Program-made: the position numbers and the translations under genes
Part shown: positions 20,908-30,418 of the stretch, in pieces
Position numbering within the stretch: the stretch's first letter is position 1
Layout of the letters: each line of letters starts with the position of its first letter
Assembly (NCBI GenBank): GCA_038207335.1
Contig: JBBQZX010000001.1
Span: forward strand, 355,873 to 419,872
DNA from: Chthoniobacterales bacterium
Lineage (GTDB): Bacteria; Verrucomicrobiota; Verrucomicrobiia; Chthoniobacterales; Chthoniobacteraceae
DNA: 64,000 bases
Direction of reading: 5' to 3'
Notes under the pieces: generated by a model
What the model saw: only the letters and a program-made list of their open reading frames with translations
Told to the model about the DNA's origin: nothing
Databases searched by the model: none

Positions 20908-20962
20908 AAACGCAAAAGGCGCGCCGTCCGCACTCGCGGATGGCGCGCCTGTTTTGCGTTTT
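20908..20962. terminator. Bidirectional terminator between tkt and the DUF1328 gene
   Basis: AAACGCAAAAGGCGCGCC...GGCGCGCCTGTTTTGCGTTT inverted repeat between convergent genes. Confidence 0.85.
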
Positions 20963-20984
20963 AGTGAAGGCGTAGTGAACTGAC

Positions 20985-21152
20985 TTACGCAGTCGGCCCG
21001 CGTCGACCGATCAGAAACGAGATGATGAACAGCACGATGAATACGAAGAACAAAATCTTCGCTATGCCGATGGCGGTGCCGGCGAGGCCGCCGAAGCCGA
21101 GGACTGCCGCAATGAGAGCGATGACGAGGAAGGTAATGGCCCAGGAGATCAT
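20985..21152 (-). CDS. DUF1328 (YtjA-like) small membrane protein
   Basis: [22 protein letters not shown]...AKILF. Confidence 0.92.
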   Translation of the reverse strand: MISWAITFLVIALIAAVLGFGGLAGTAIGIAKILFFVFIVLFIISFLIGRRGPTA

Positions 21153-21336
21153 AATTTTGGTTGGTTGATTTGTTTTATACTTCGCAACCAATTCGCTGCC
21201 GCTCCGATGTTTGGCCGTCCGCACATCGATCGCGCTCAATTTTGGCGACCCTTTACCAAGGATCGGCGACCGGCCCGCGTGAGCTCGAAGGCACGGGCGG
21301 GCGCCGCGTGCAAATCCCGCCGAGCAACGATCCCGG

Positions 21337-23151
21337 CTACAACCCTTCGATTACCGATGGATCGGCTTCCGTTTCGGGCGCTATCGCTCCGGTCACGAAC
21401 TCTACTGCATGCGGCGTTCCAGTTTCCACTCCCGAAAGAATCGGATCGCTCATCACGTCAGTTGTTACCGGCGCATCGTCAGCAGAAGTCGATGCCATCT
21501 CCGCAGGCGAGGCGAAATTCTCGATAACTGCGACAGGCTCCGGGGTGCAGTCCGGTGAGGCTGCCAGCTCTTCGGTGGGGGCGATTTCCTCCCCGGAAGG
21601 CGCGGGTTCGCTTTGCAAGATGCTTGCTTCCTCCACCGGCGTGCTCGCATCCTTCGCGAATTCCGGCGCTTGCTTTTGCGCCTGCTCCACCTGCTTTTGC
21701 GGCTTTTGAGTGCCAGTTGGTTTTCCCGATTCCTCCTCCCGCTCTGCCCGCGGCGAAAGCGGCAGGTCAAGCGTGCCGTCGTGAAATTCGATCACGTGCC
21801 CGACGTGGATCAGGTAGTGCAGATCGGAGGCGAGCGCGGATTTCTTCGCCATGAATTCCTCGGACTCCTGGGCCTCGCCGAGCAACTTCGCCGCGAGTTG
21901 AGGCCGCGTGATCTTCGGCTGCGCCTCCACCGCACCGAGGATCGCCGCGATTCCGGCGGAGAAATTGCGCCCCTCCACATGCCGCTCCGGGCGCACCGCC
22001 GAGAGGTAGATGATCCGCTTGCGATGCTTGAAAAAGTGCAGCCCGATGTCGTTGAAAGTCGGACGCAGCGCGTTCACAAGATTCGACGGGAACCCGCGCT
22101 CCCGCTCCCATCCGTCTCGGAGTGCATTCGTGATCCCGCGGTCGCCGCTCGCGCGACTCGCCGCACCGCCAGTCTCCAGCGTGGTCCCGCTCTTCACCAT
22201 CGCGGGCAGATACGTCTTGCGGAAATGCTGCTCCGCCTCTGCCAGCGATTTGAAAGTCACCGGCTCCTCCTCTTTCAAAGTCACAAACGTCGTCGCAGAG
22301 CGCGCCTGCTCTTTCCAGTCATTGACCGTCTGCTCGTCCGTCACGACCTGCACATCCTCGTGCTGAAACTCGCCAAACGACATGCGCCTGCTGAACCGCT
22401 CGTCGTAAAGTTTCCGCAGCGCCGGTTGGTAACCGTGATAATTCGTCGGCCCGAGCAGAATTCCCGTCGAGCGGCTGCGCGCGACGTTCCCAAACTTCCC
22501 TTTCAGCGGCTCACTCTGCACCACTTCCTCGCGATAAAATTCGTCTCGCAAATGCCGAAACGCCTCGCGCTCCAGCGCCTCGCGATCAAATGAAACTGGG
22601 CCGTCGTCAATTTGAAAAAGTGGACGCGTCGCATCGAGCGAAATAATCCGCACGCGATGCCGTTCCGGCTTCTCGAGAAAAAGCCGCGCCGTGCCGAAAA
22701 GCGGATAAGCGCGCCAGCTCGATTTTATCTGCTTCGCGATCCCGGCCATGCCATTTGGCTCTGGCAAAAATTCCACGCGCACGTTCGGAGGTGCAGGTGG
22801 TGCTGGCGGGCGCGGCGCATCGCCTCCGCGCCGCTGATCCATCTGGCCACGGGGTCCACCGGGCCGTCGATCTCCGCCCGGCCCGCCCGGACGCGACCGC
22901 TCGCCCGGACGCGAATCCCGCCGATCTCCGCCCGGCTTCGGTGGCCCGCCGCCGCGCCGATCGCCGCGATTTCCGCCCGGCCCACCCGGACCGCCGGGCC
23001 GCCGCGGAGGACGGTCGCGATGATCGCGGTCGCCGCGATCCGAGCGACCGCCGGTGTCGCCTTGATAGTCGGCGTAACGGTTCTCCGAAGCGCCTTCCTT
23101 GAGCCAGTCCGGCAGAAATTTCAGGTCGAGATCGGTGGGCAGGTCGCTCAT
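21337..23151 (-). CDS. Hypothetical protein: RG/PG-rich N-terminus, globular core, acidic tail
   Basis: 604-aa ORF with protein-like composition, divergent from acpP. Confidence 0.8.
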   Translation of the reverse strand: MSDLPTDLDLKFLPDWLKEGASENRYADYQGDTGGRSDRGDRDHRDRPPRRPGGPGGPGGNRGDRRGGGPPKPGGDRRDSRPGERSRPGGPGGDRRPGGPRGQMDQRRGGDAPRPPAPPAPPNVRVEFLPEPNGMAGIAKQIKSSWRAYPLFGTARLFLEKPERHRVRIISLDATRPLFQIDDGPVSFDREALEREAFRHLRDEFYREEVVQSEPLKGKFGNVARSRSTGILLGPTNYHGYQPALRKLYDERFSRRMSFGEFQHEDVQVVTDEQTVNDWKEQARSATTFVTLKEEEPVTFKSLAEAEQHFRKTYLPAMVKSGTTLETGGAASRASGDRGITNALRDGWERERGFPSNLVNALRPTFNDIGLHFFKHRKRIIYLSAVRPERHVEGRNFSAGIAAILGAVEAQPKITRPQLAAKLLGEAQESEEFMAKKSALASDLHYLIHVGHVIEFHDGTLDLPLSPRAEREEESGKPTGTQKPQKQVEQAQKQAPEFAKDASTPVEEASILQSEPAPSGEEIAPTEELAASPDCTPEPVAVIENFASPAEMASTSADDAPVTTDVMSDPILSGVETGTPHAVEFVTGAIAPETEADPSVIEGL

Positions 23152-23308
23152 GGTTTTCCGTTCGTAAGGCCTCGCGTGGAAAATGTAAATGAGCCTGCTT
23201 CGGCCCCCGTTTTGAACTGGCACATTTTAGATGTTGCCAACATTTTCCGACGCCTCTAAAGCCTCTCCCCGCAACCAACCAACCAACTTCAGCAGCACCA
23301 AAAATTTT

Positions 23309-23554
23309 ATGTCAGACAAAACGATCGAGGAACGCGTCAAGGACATCATTGTCGAGCAACTTGGGGTGAATCCCGAGCAAGTCACCCCCGCCGCCTCGTT
23401 CATCGACGACCTCGGAGCCGATTCGCTCGACACCGTCGAACTCGTCATGGCTTTCGAGGAGGAATTCTCGGTTGAGGTCCCCGATGAAGACGCGGAAAAG
23501 CTCCAGAGCGTCGGCGACGTGGTGAAATACATTGAGGAAAAGACCGCGAAGTAA
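23309..23554 (+). CDS. acpP: Acyl carrier protein
   Basis: [20 protein letters not shown]. Confidence 0.97.
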   Translation: MSDKTIEERVKDIIVEQLGVNPEQVTPAASFIDDLGADSLDTVELVMAFEEEFSVEVPDEDAEKLQSVGDVVKYIEEKTAK

Positions 23555-23578
23555 CGGGTTTTCGATAGTTTGTTTTTG

Positions 23579-23611
23579 AAAAGAGACGGTCTTCGGACCG
23601 TCTCTTTTTTT
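23579..23611 (+). terminator. Intrinsic terminator after acpP
   Basis: GAGACGGTC-TTCG-GACCGTCTC followed by T7. Confidence 0.92.
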
Positions 23612-23666
23612 GTCGTGAAATCGCGCCAGCGCTTGAGAAATGGCGTCGCTCGAATGAACCTGCGCG

Positions 23667-24554
23667 ATGAGATTCATTTTCGTTTTCCTCGTGGTTGCAG
23701 GGTTGTCGGCCACATGTTTTGCAGCAGAAAAGTCGAGTGCTTCATCGAGCAAAAAGCCCAAGGCGCCCTCCACCGCGACACCGAAGCCGAAGCCCAAAGC
23801 GGCACCGACAGTGGACGACGAGAGCGAGAAAAAACCGGCGCTTCCCAGCAACGGCGAGAGCGCGCGAAAAGCGGCGTCCGCGCCGAACGCGACCGTCGAA
23901 CCGAGCCAGATCGACGGGTTTGATTCGCAGCCTGAGGCAGTCAAAAAACTGATCATCAGCGCGCTCGCGCTCACGAAACAGGATCTTACGTACACGTACG
24001 GTTCCGCGGAGCCGTCGAATGGTGGGATGGATTGCTCCGGGACGATCTACTACCTGCTCCGCCAGATGGGGCTCAACGACGTGCCGCGCGATGCGAGCGG
24101 GCAGTACGTGTGGGCGCGGAAGCGCGGAAAAGTCTTCCCGGTCGTTAGCAAAAAGGCGGGCGGCTTCGAGTTCGACGACATGCGTCCCGGCGATCTGATG
24201 TTTTGGACTGGCACTTACAAAGTCGATCGCGACCCGCCGGTGACGCACACCATGATCTATCTCGGCAAAGAAAAAGGGCGCGACCAGCCGATTATGGTCG
24301 GTTCCAGCGACGGGCGCAGTTACGACGGGAAATCGCGCTGGGGCGTGAGCGTCTTCGATTTCAAAATGCCGCGGGTGACCGAAGGGGAAGCTGTGTCGAA
24401 GACTGACTTCATCGGCTACGCGCACATCCCGGGGTTGGCATCCGGCGACGCGGCGAAGGCGGCTCCGGCGGCGGAGAAGGATGCGGACGAGCCCGCAGCG
24501 ACACCGAAGCCGAAGCGGCGTGCATCGTCCAGCAGCTCGAAGTCAAAAAGCTGA
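23667..24554 (+). CDS. NlpC/P60 (C40) peptidase, exported
   Basis: Signal peptide; YTYG...GMDCSG, PGDLMFW, VTHTMIYLG. Confidence 0.88.
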   Translation: MRFIFVFLVVAGLSATCFAAEKSSASSSKKPKAPSTATPKPKPKAAPTVDDESEKKPALPSNGESARKAASAPNATVEPSQIDGFDSQPEAVKKLIISALALTKQDLTYTYGSAEPSNGGMDCSGTIYYLLRQMGLNDVPRDASGQYVWARKRGKVFPVVSKKAGGFEFDDMRPGDLMFWTGTYKVDRDPPVTHTMIYLGKEKGRDQPIMVGSSDGRSYDGKSRWGVSVFDFKMPRVTEGEAVSKTDFIGYAHIPGLASGDAAKAAPAAEKDADEPAATPKPKRRASSSSSKSKS

Positions 24555-24566
24555 GCGATTCCTTGC

Positions 24567-25436
24567 TCACACCATCCGCGCCAAATCCTTTGGCAGCGGT
24601 GACTCGAAGAGCATCTCCGCGCCGGTCGCCGGGTGCTTAAAGCGCAGCTTGCAAGCATGCAGTGCGAGGCGTTTCGCTGGGTCGCTTTTCGCTCCGTATT
24701 TTTTGTCGCCGACGACTGGGCAGCCTGCATCTGCGAGCTGCACGCGGATTTGATGGCGGCGGCCTGTGTCGAGTGTCAGCTGGACGAGGGAGCGCTGATG
24801 TTTCCGTGCTAGCACGCGATATTTCGTGATCGCCCGACGCGTCTCCTCACTCGGCGGCGCGCTGAAAACGCGCAGCACATTTGCCTCGTTCAAGTGAGAA
24901 TCGAACACGCCGCTCTCGCTCGGCGGCGCGCCTTCGACGATCGCCTCGTAGCGTTTCTCCACGTCCGTCCAACCGGCGGCGAGCGTCTCTTTCATCTTCG
25001 CTGATTTCGCAAAAACCATGAGTCCCGACGTCTCGCGATCGAGCCGATGCACGATCCACACGCGATCCCGCGCGCGCTCGTCGCCGCCCCGCAGATATTC
25101 GGTGAGCTGAAAATACGCGGTCCGCTCCTGCTCCGAATCCGTCGCCATCGTCAGCAGTCCCTCCGGCTTCTCGACTACGATCACGCTCGCGTCCTCGAAA
25201 TAAATCTTCATCCCGCCGCCGAGCACGGCCTTTGGTTTCGCCGACGGGCCGGTGCGAATCGCGACGGTGTCTCCAGCACGCAACGCGTGATCGAATTGCG
25301 TGATCGCGCGTCCATTCACCATCACCGCCTGATGTTTCAACCACGTCCGAACCTGCTTTTTCTTCACCTCCGGCCATTGGGAGAAAAGGAACGAGAGCAA
25401 TTCCGCGGGCGCTTCCACGGTGCATGATTTTGACAT
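24567..25436 (-). CDS. RluA-family pseudouridine synthase with S4-like N-terminus
   Basis: VHRLDRETSGL, TGRRHQIR, GDKKYG, LALHA. Confidence 0.95.
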   Translation of the reverse strand: MSKSCTVEAPAELLSFLFSQWPEVKKKQVRTWLKHQAVMVNGRAITQFDHALRAGDTVAIRTGPSAKPKAVLGGGMKIYFEDASVIVVEKPEGLLTMATDSEQERTAYFQLTEYLRGGDERARDRVWIVHRLDRETSGLMVFAKSAKMKETLAAGWTDVEKRYEAIVEGAPPSESGVFDSHLNEANVLRVFSAPPSEETRRAITKYRVLARKHQRSLVQLTLDTGRRHQIRVQLADAGCPVVGDKKYGAKSDPAKRLALHACKLRFKHPATGAEMLFESPLPKDLARMV

Positions 25437-25540
25437 GCCGCAGTCTATCTGGGGAGCGCGTCCGCACGCCTGACAAATTTTTTACAAACTCCGTATGCGG
25501 CTCTGACACATGATCCGCGGGCGGCGCGTAGTTTCGCAGC

Positions 25541-26869
25541 ATGAAGAAAACATCCCTTCTCGTGTTGTTGCTCTCCGGCCTCGCCGCGGGAGCGTCCATC
25601 GCCGCGCCCGACTCGCTCACGCTCCGCGTGTCGCCCGAGCGCGACCTAATCTACAACGGCGGCTCGCGAGAGGCGCTCGTGCAAATCGAACTCGAGGGCC
25701 GTCGACCAGTGCACGTGCAGCGCGCGCCGATGAATCTCGCGCTCGTGCTCGACCGCAGCGGCTCGATGTCCGGCGCGAAGATCGAGAAGGCGCGGCAGGC
25801 GGCGTGCGTGGCGATCGATCAGCTCGATGAAAATGATGTCGTCTCGCTGATCATTTACGACAACCGCGCCGAGGTGCTCATCCCGCCGCAACGCATCGAG
25901 TCGCGGCACGAACGCGATGCGCTGAAGCGCCGAATCCAGGGCATCCAGCCCGGCGGCGGCACGGCCATTTTCGACGGGGTGAAACTCGGTGCGAATGCGC
26001 TCCGCAAGCACTTCGACCGGGAGCGCGTGAACCGCGTCGTCCTCATGTCCGACGGGCTCGCGAATGTCGGCCCCAGCCGCGTCTCCGACCTCGCCGGGCT
26101 CGGTCGCGAGCTGCGCGAAGACGGGATGAGCGTCACGACGATCGGTCTCGGCGACGATTACAACGAAGACCTGATGACCGCGCTCGCGGAGGCCAGCCAC
26201 GCCAATTATTACTACGTTCAGGATGCGGAAAAGCTGCCCGGCATCTTCTCGGAGGAGCTCGGCGCGGCGCGCACGGTGCTCGCCCGCGGCGTCACGATTC
26301 GGATCACCGTGCCGGACGGCGTGCGGCTGCGTGAAATTCTCGGCCACCCGGAGATCAAGTGCCAGGGCCAATCCGCGGAGATCACACTGCCGGAGTATTT
26401 CGGCTCGGATCATCGGCGCTTCCTCGCACGTTGCGTAGTAGAGGAGTCGCGCAAGGAGCCTCTGGAGTTTGCATCGGTCGCGCTCCGGTATGAAGATGCG
26501 AAGAGTGGAAAGTCGGAAAATCAGAGCCAGACGGCGCGGGTGAAATTCACCGATGAGCGGGACAAGTCCGACCAGAGTCTGCGCGGCGAGGTGGCGCGGG
26601 AGGTGTCGGTTTATAAGAATCGCGCGTCGAAGGAACTCGCGGTGAAACTGGCGGACGAGGGCAAGGCGAAACAGGCGTCGGAGGTGCTGCGGCGTCAGGC
26701 GATCGATAACGCAGCGGCACCGGCGGCAGCGCAGATTCCGCAACTCGAGCAGGAAAATCAGAAGCTTGAAGCGAGCGCGTCGGAGGTGGATTCGCTGGGC
26801 ACGCTGAGCAAGGCGGGGCGGAAGCAGATGCAGAATGAGAACTGGCAGGACAAATATCAGAAGCGGTGA
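25541..26869 (+). CDS. Secreted vWA domain protein
   Basis: Signal peptide; NLALVLDRSGSM MIDAS, GGTA, MSDGLANVG. Confidence 0.9.
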   Translation: MKKTSLLVLLLSGLAAGASIAAPDSLTLRVSPERDLIYNGGSREALVQIELEGRRPVHVQRAPMNLALVLDRSGSMSGAKIEKARQAACVAIDQLDENDVVSLIIYDNRAEVLIPPQRIESRHERDALKRRIQGIQPGGGTAIFDGVKLGANALRKHFDRERVNRVVLMSDGLANVGPSRVSDLAGLGRELREDGMSVTTIGLGDDYNEDLMTALAEASHANYYYVQDAEKLPGIFSEELGAARTVLARGVTIRITVPDGVRLREILGHPEIKCQGQSAEITLPEYFGSDHRRFLARCVVEESRKEPLEFASVALRYEDAKSGKSENQSQTARVKFTDERDKSDQSLRGEVAREVSVYKNRASKELAVKLADEGKAKQASEVLRRQAIDNAAAPAAAQIPQLEQENQKLEASASEVDSLGTLSKAGRKQMQNENWQDKYQKR

Positions 26870-26955
26870 GTGTGTGCGGCGACCGCGCGCGCTCGAACGA
26901 GCGCGCGCGTTCCGGCGCTCGCCGCCGCGGCGATGCGCAGACATGATCCGATTGG

Positions 26956-28875
26956 ATGAAAAAGAGCGTCCTCATCTTTCTCGCAGCGGTGCTTCTGCCG
27001 AGCGCGGTGCTCGGGTGGCTCGCGCTGCGCAATGCGCAGGAGCAGCAGATCATCCTCGAACGACGCACCGCGGAACTCTACCAGAGCGAGACGGAGAATG
27101 CGGCTGTGGCGGTGCGCGCGCTGATCGACGATGAGCGCCGCGCCTTTGCGGAGGCTGTGCGGACGCTCATCGCCGCGAGACCGGCAGCGGAGGTGGCGAA
27201 AAGTTTCACCGCCTCGCTGGCGGATGCGTGGCCGCGAAAATCGGTCGGTTTTTCGATCGCAGCGGATGGGCGAATCCTGTCGCCGACGACCGCCGCGGCG
27301 GCGGGGCACGCGGACTGGCAGCGGTTCCTTTGGGATCACGGCCCATTCGTTTCCAATAAAATGGTCGTCAGCGTTTTCCCCGTCGCGGTCGATAATTTGA
27401 GCTATCCGGAGCCGCTTCGCAAAAAAGCGCAGGAGTCGCAGAGCGCAGCCGGCATGAAGCAAAGCGCCGCGCCGGAAGTGGAGCGGGATGAGTATTTAAA
27501 AAAGGAAATGAGCAGTGCGCCGAAGTCAAAACAGGCCGCGGACAAGGCAGCTTCCGCGCCCGCGCCCGCGGCGGCTGCGAGCGAGGCGTCGGCGCAGCGG
27601 GCTGCGCAACTGCGGAATGTCGCGCCGCAGCAGATGCTCGCGATGAACGAACGCGCGGCGTGGTCGCAGCTCTCCGTCGCGACGACGGGCTTCCGCGAAA
27701 TCACCGCCGGGAGCAGCGAAGGGATGGTCACGCGGTTCGTCGATGACCGGCTAGGGATCCTGCTCTGGATGCGTCCGGAACAAGCGCCAGAGCTGATCTT
27801 CGGCTGCCTGATCGATGCGGAGAGCCTGCGCGATCTGTGGCCCCGCGCGCTGCCGGCGCCCGAGTACGGGAGCGCGCGGGCGGGGCGCCCGGACTACGTG
27901 CTCGCGCTGCTCGATGACAAGGCTCGCGCCGTGGCGACCGAGCCCGCGGGCGCGGCGATGCAGGATTTGAAGCACCCATTCGTCGCGTCAGAAATCGGCG
28001 AGGCTCTGCCGCACTGGGAGGCGGCGCTGTATCTCGCGAGGCCGGATCAATTGCAGTCGGCGGCGCGCGGAGCGCGACGGACGCTGGCGCTGCTCATCTG
28101 CGCGGCGCTCGGCGCGATCGGGTGCGGCGGCTGGCTCGTGGTGGCCGACACGCGGCGGCAGGTGGTGCTCGCGGAAAAGAAGACGGACTTCGTCTCGAAT
28201 GTCTCGCACGAGCTGAAGACGCCGCTCACCTCGATCCGCATGTTTGCGGAACTCATGCAGGGCGGGCGCGTCGAGCCGGAGCGGCGTGCGCAGTATTTGC
28301 GGATCATCACGGTCGAGGCGGAAAGGCTCACGCGGCTCATCAACAACGTGCTCGATTTCGCGGGGCACGAGCGGCGGCAGAAGCGCTTCGACATGCGCCC
28401 GCTCGACCTGCGCGCGGCGCTCGCGAGTGTCTGGGAAAATCACGAGCTTCATCTGCGCGAGAGCGGCTTCGCGACTCGATGGGAAGCCGCGGATGGGCCG
28501 TATCCGATCATCGGCGACGAGGACGCGCTGGCGCAGATTTTGGTCAATCTGCTCTCGAACGCGGAGAAATACTCGACCGAGAAAAAGGAGGTCGAGATGC
28601 GCAGTTACCTCGATGCCGGGCACGTGTGCGTGAGCGTGCTCGACCGCGGGAGCGGCGTGCCGGAGGGCGAGGAGCGGAAGATTTTCGAGGCGTTCTACCG
28701 GGCGCACGATTCGCTCTCCAGCGGCATTCAGGGATCGGGGCTCGGGCTCACGCTGGCGCAGCGGCTCGCGCGTGAGCATGGCGGCGAGATCCTTTACCAG
28801 AGCCGTTCAGGCGGCGGCAGCAGCTTCACGCTGAAGCTCCCGCTCGCACCGGACGCACGCATTTTACCCGCATGA
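26956..28875 (+). CDS. Sensor histidine kinase
   Basis: Two TMs; VSHELKTPLTSI H-box, NLLSNAEKY, DRGSG, GSGLGL. Confidence 0.95.
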   Translation: MKKSVLIFLAAVLLPSAVLGWLALRNAQEQQIILERRTAELYQSETENAAVAVRALIDDERRAFAEAVRTLIAARPAAEVAKSFTASLADAWPRKSVGFSIAADGRILSPTTAAAAGHADWQRFLWDHGPFVSNKMVVSVFPVAVDNLSYPEPLRKKAQESQSAAGMKQSAAPEVERDEYLKKEMSSAPKSKQAADKAASAPAPAAAASEASAQRAAQLRNVAPQQMLAMNERAAWSQLSVATTGFREITAGSSEGMVTRFVDDRLGILLWMRPEQAPELIFGCLIDAESLRDLWPRALPAPEYGSARAGRPDYVLALLDDKARAVATEPAGAAMQDLKHPFVASEIGEALPHWEAALYLARPDQLQSAARGARRTLALLICAALGAIGCGGWLVVADTRRQVVLAEKKTDFVSNVSHELKTPLTSIRMFAELMQGGRVEPERRAQYLRIITVEAERLTRLINNVLDFAGHERRQKRFDMRPLDLRAALASVWENHELHLRESGFATRWEAADGPYPIIGDEDALAQILVNLLSNAEKYSTEKKEVEMRSYLDAGHVCVSVLDRGSGVPEGEERKIFEAFYRAHDSLSSGIQGSGLGLTLAQRLAREHGGEILYQSRSGGGSSFTLKLPLAPDARILPA

Positions 28876-29564
28876 AAAAACACATCCTCGTGGTGGAAGA
28901 CGACGCGCACATCCGGCTCGGGCTGTGCGATGCGCTGCGCGGCGAAGGGTATGAAGTGACCGCGTGCGGCGACGGCTTGCGGGCAATCTCGGCCCTACGG
29001 CAGGCCAGTACGCATCTCGTCGTGCTCGACATCATGCTGCCCGGAAAAAGCGGATATGACCTGTGCCGCGAAATCCGCGCCGCGAAGAACTGCGTGCCAA
29101 TCCTGATGCTCTCGGCGAAAGGCCAGGAGATCGACAAAGTCGTGGGGCTCGAACTCGGCGCGGACGATTACGTGACGAAGCCCTTCAGCGTGCGCGAGTT
29201 GCTCGCGCGCGTGCATGCGCTCCTGCGGCGCGCGCAGCCCGGCGCGGCGGGCGTGGAGGCGCCGGACGAGATTCGTTTTGGGAAAGTGCGCGTCGATTCG
29301 CGGGCATTGCGCGGGCGGCGAGGCGGGGAGGCGTTCGAGCTTTCGCCGCGCGAGTTGAAGGTGCTAGCGCTGCTGCATCACGAACGCGGCAACGCAGTTT
29401 CGCGCGACACGATCCTCAACGAAGTCTGGGGCATCGACTACTTCGGCACCACGCGCACCCTCGACCAGCTCATCGTGAAGCTGCGACAGAAGATCGAGGA
29501 GACGCCCGGCGAGCCGCGCCATCTGCTGACGGTCCATGGGCTCGGATACCGGCTCGAGATTTAA
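28872..29564 (+). CDS. OmpR/PhoB-family response regulator
   Basis: VVEDD, LDIMLPG, GADDYVTKPF, LRQKIE...TVHGLGYR. Confidence 0.95.
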   Translation: MKKHILVVEDDAHIRLGLCDALRGEGYEVTACGDGLRAISALRQASTHLVVLDIMLPGKSGYDLCREIRAAKNCVPILMLSAKGQEIDKVVGLELGADDYVTKPFSVRELLARVHALLRRAQPGAAGVEAPDEIRFGKVRVDSRALRGRRGGEAFELSPRELKVLALLHHERGNAVSRDTILNEVWGIDYFGTTRTLDQLIVKLRQKIEETPGEPRHLLTVHGLGYRLEI

Positions 29565-30418
29565 TCCGGCAGCACGAAGGTCTCGCCGATTTCGCGCAGC
29601 GCGATCCGCTCGGGGGTCGAGGAGAGCGCGGCGGAAAAGCGCGCGATCGGCTCTTCCATCGGCTCGCTGCTGAGGCGGAATGTCTCGTGGTGGATCGGCA
29701 TCACGAACCTCGAGCGCGCCTGATCGGCCATCGCGATGGCTTGCTCGGGTGTGCAGTGCGAGCGGACCCACGGCTTGTAGGCCCCGATCGGCACGATGCA
29801 AAGATCCACCGGCCCGCGCGAGCCGAGCGCGCTCGCATCGGTGAGCGCGGTGTCGCCGGTGACGCAGAGCCGGTGGCCGGCGCGCTCGAGGAGGTAGGCG
29901 TTGTAGCCGCGGTGATCGTCGTGGTGCATCCGCGCGCCCCAGTGCCGGAGTTGGAAAGCCGCGAGTGTCACCGCCCCGCGCGGCGTCTGGAATTCCCGCT
30001 CTTCGCCCCAGCCCAGCTCCGCCACGCGGCGAAAGTGCAGCTTTTCAAATACGTCTGCCGTTCTGCTCGCCGTCACCACCTGGCAGTCGCGATCCAGCCG
30101 CGAGAGCGAGCGCAGGTCGAGGTGATCCATGTGCGCGTGCGTGAGCAGGATGAGATCGATGCGCGGCAGTTCGCGCGGCTTCAGCGCGCACGCGATGTAG
30201 CGCTTCGGGCCGAACGTGAGCGGGCCGAGGCGCAGGCCGATGCGCGTGAAGAATACGGGGTCGGTGAGGATGTTCACGCCGTGGAAATTCACCAGCACGG
30301 TCGCGTGACCGAGCCACGCGGCGGTCACCTTTTCATCCGACCAGCCCGACGGCTCCGGGTGATGCGGGGCAGGGGACATCGCGCGGAATTGCCCGCGCAG
30401 CATCCGCAGCAGCCTCAC
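29561..30418 (-). CDS. MBL-fold metallohydrolase (NAPE-PLD/RomA-like)
   Basis: WLGHAT, LTDP, THAHMDHLD, GDT, PIGAY, PIHHETF. Confidence 0.9.
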   Translation of the reverse strand: MRLLRMLRGQFRAMSPAPHHPEPSGWSDEKVTAAWLGHATVLVNFHGVNILTDPVFFTRIGLRLGPLTFGPKRYIACALKPRELPRIDLILLTHAHMDHLDLRSLSRLDRDCQVVTASRTADVFEKLHFRRVAELGWGEEREFQTPRGAVTLAAFQLRHWGARMHHDDHRGYNAYLLERAGHRLCVTGDTALTDASALGSRGPVDLCIVPIGAYKPWVRSHCTPEQAIAMADQARSRFVMPIHHETFRLSSEPMEEPIARFSAALSSTPERIALREIGETFVLPD

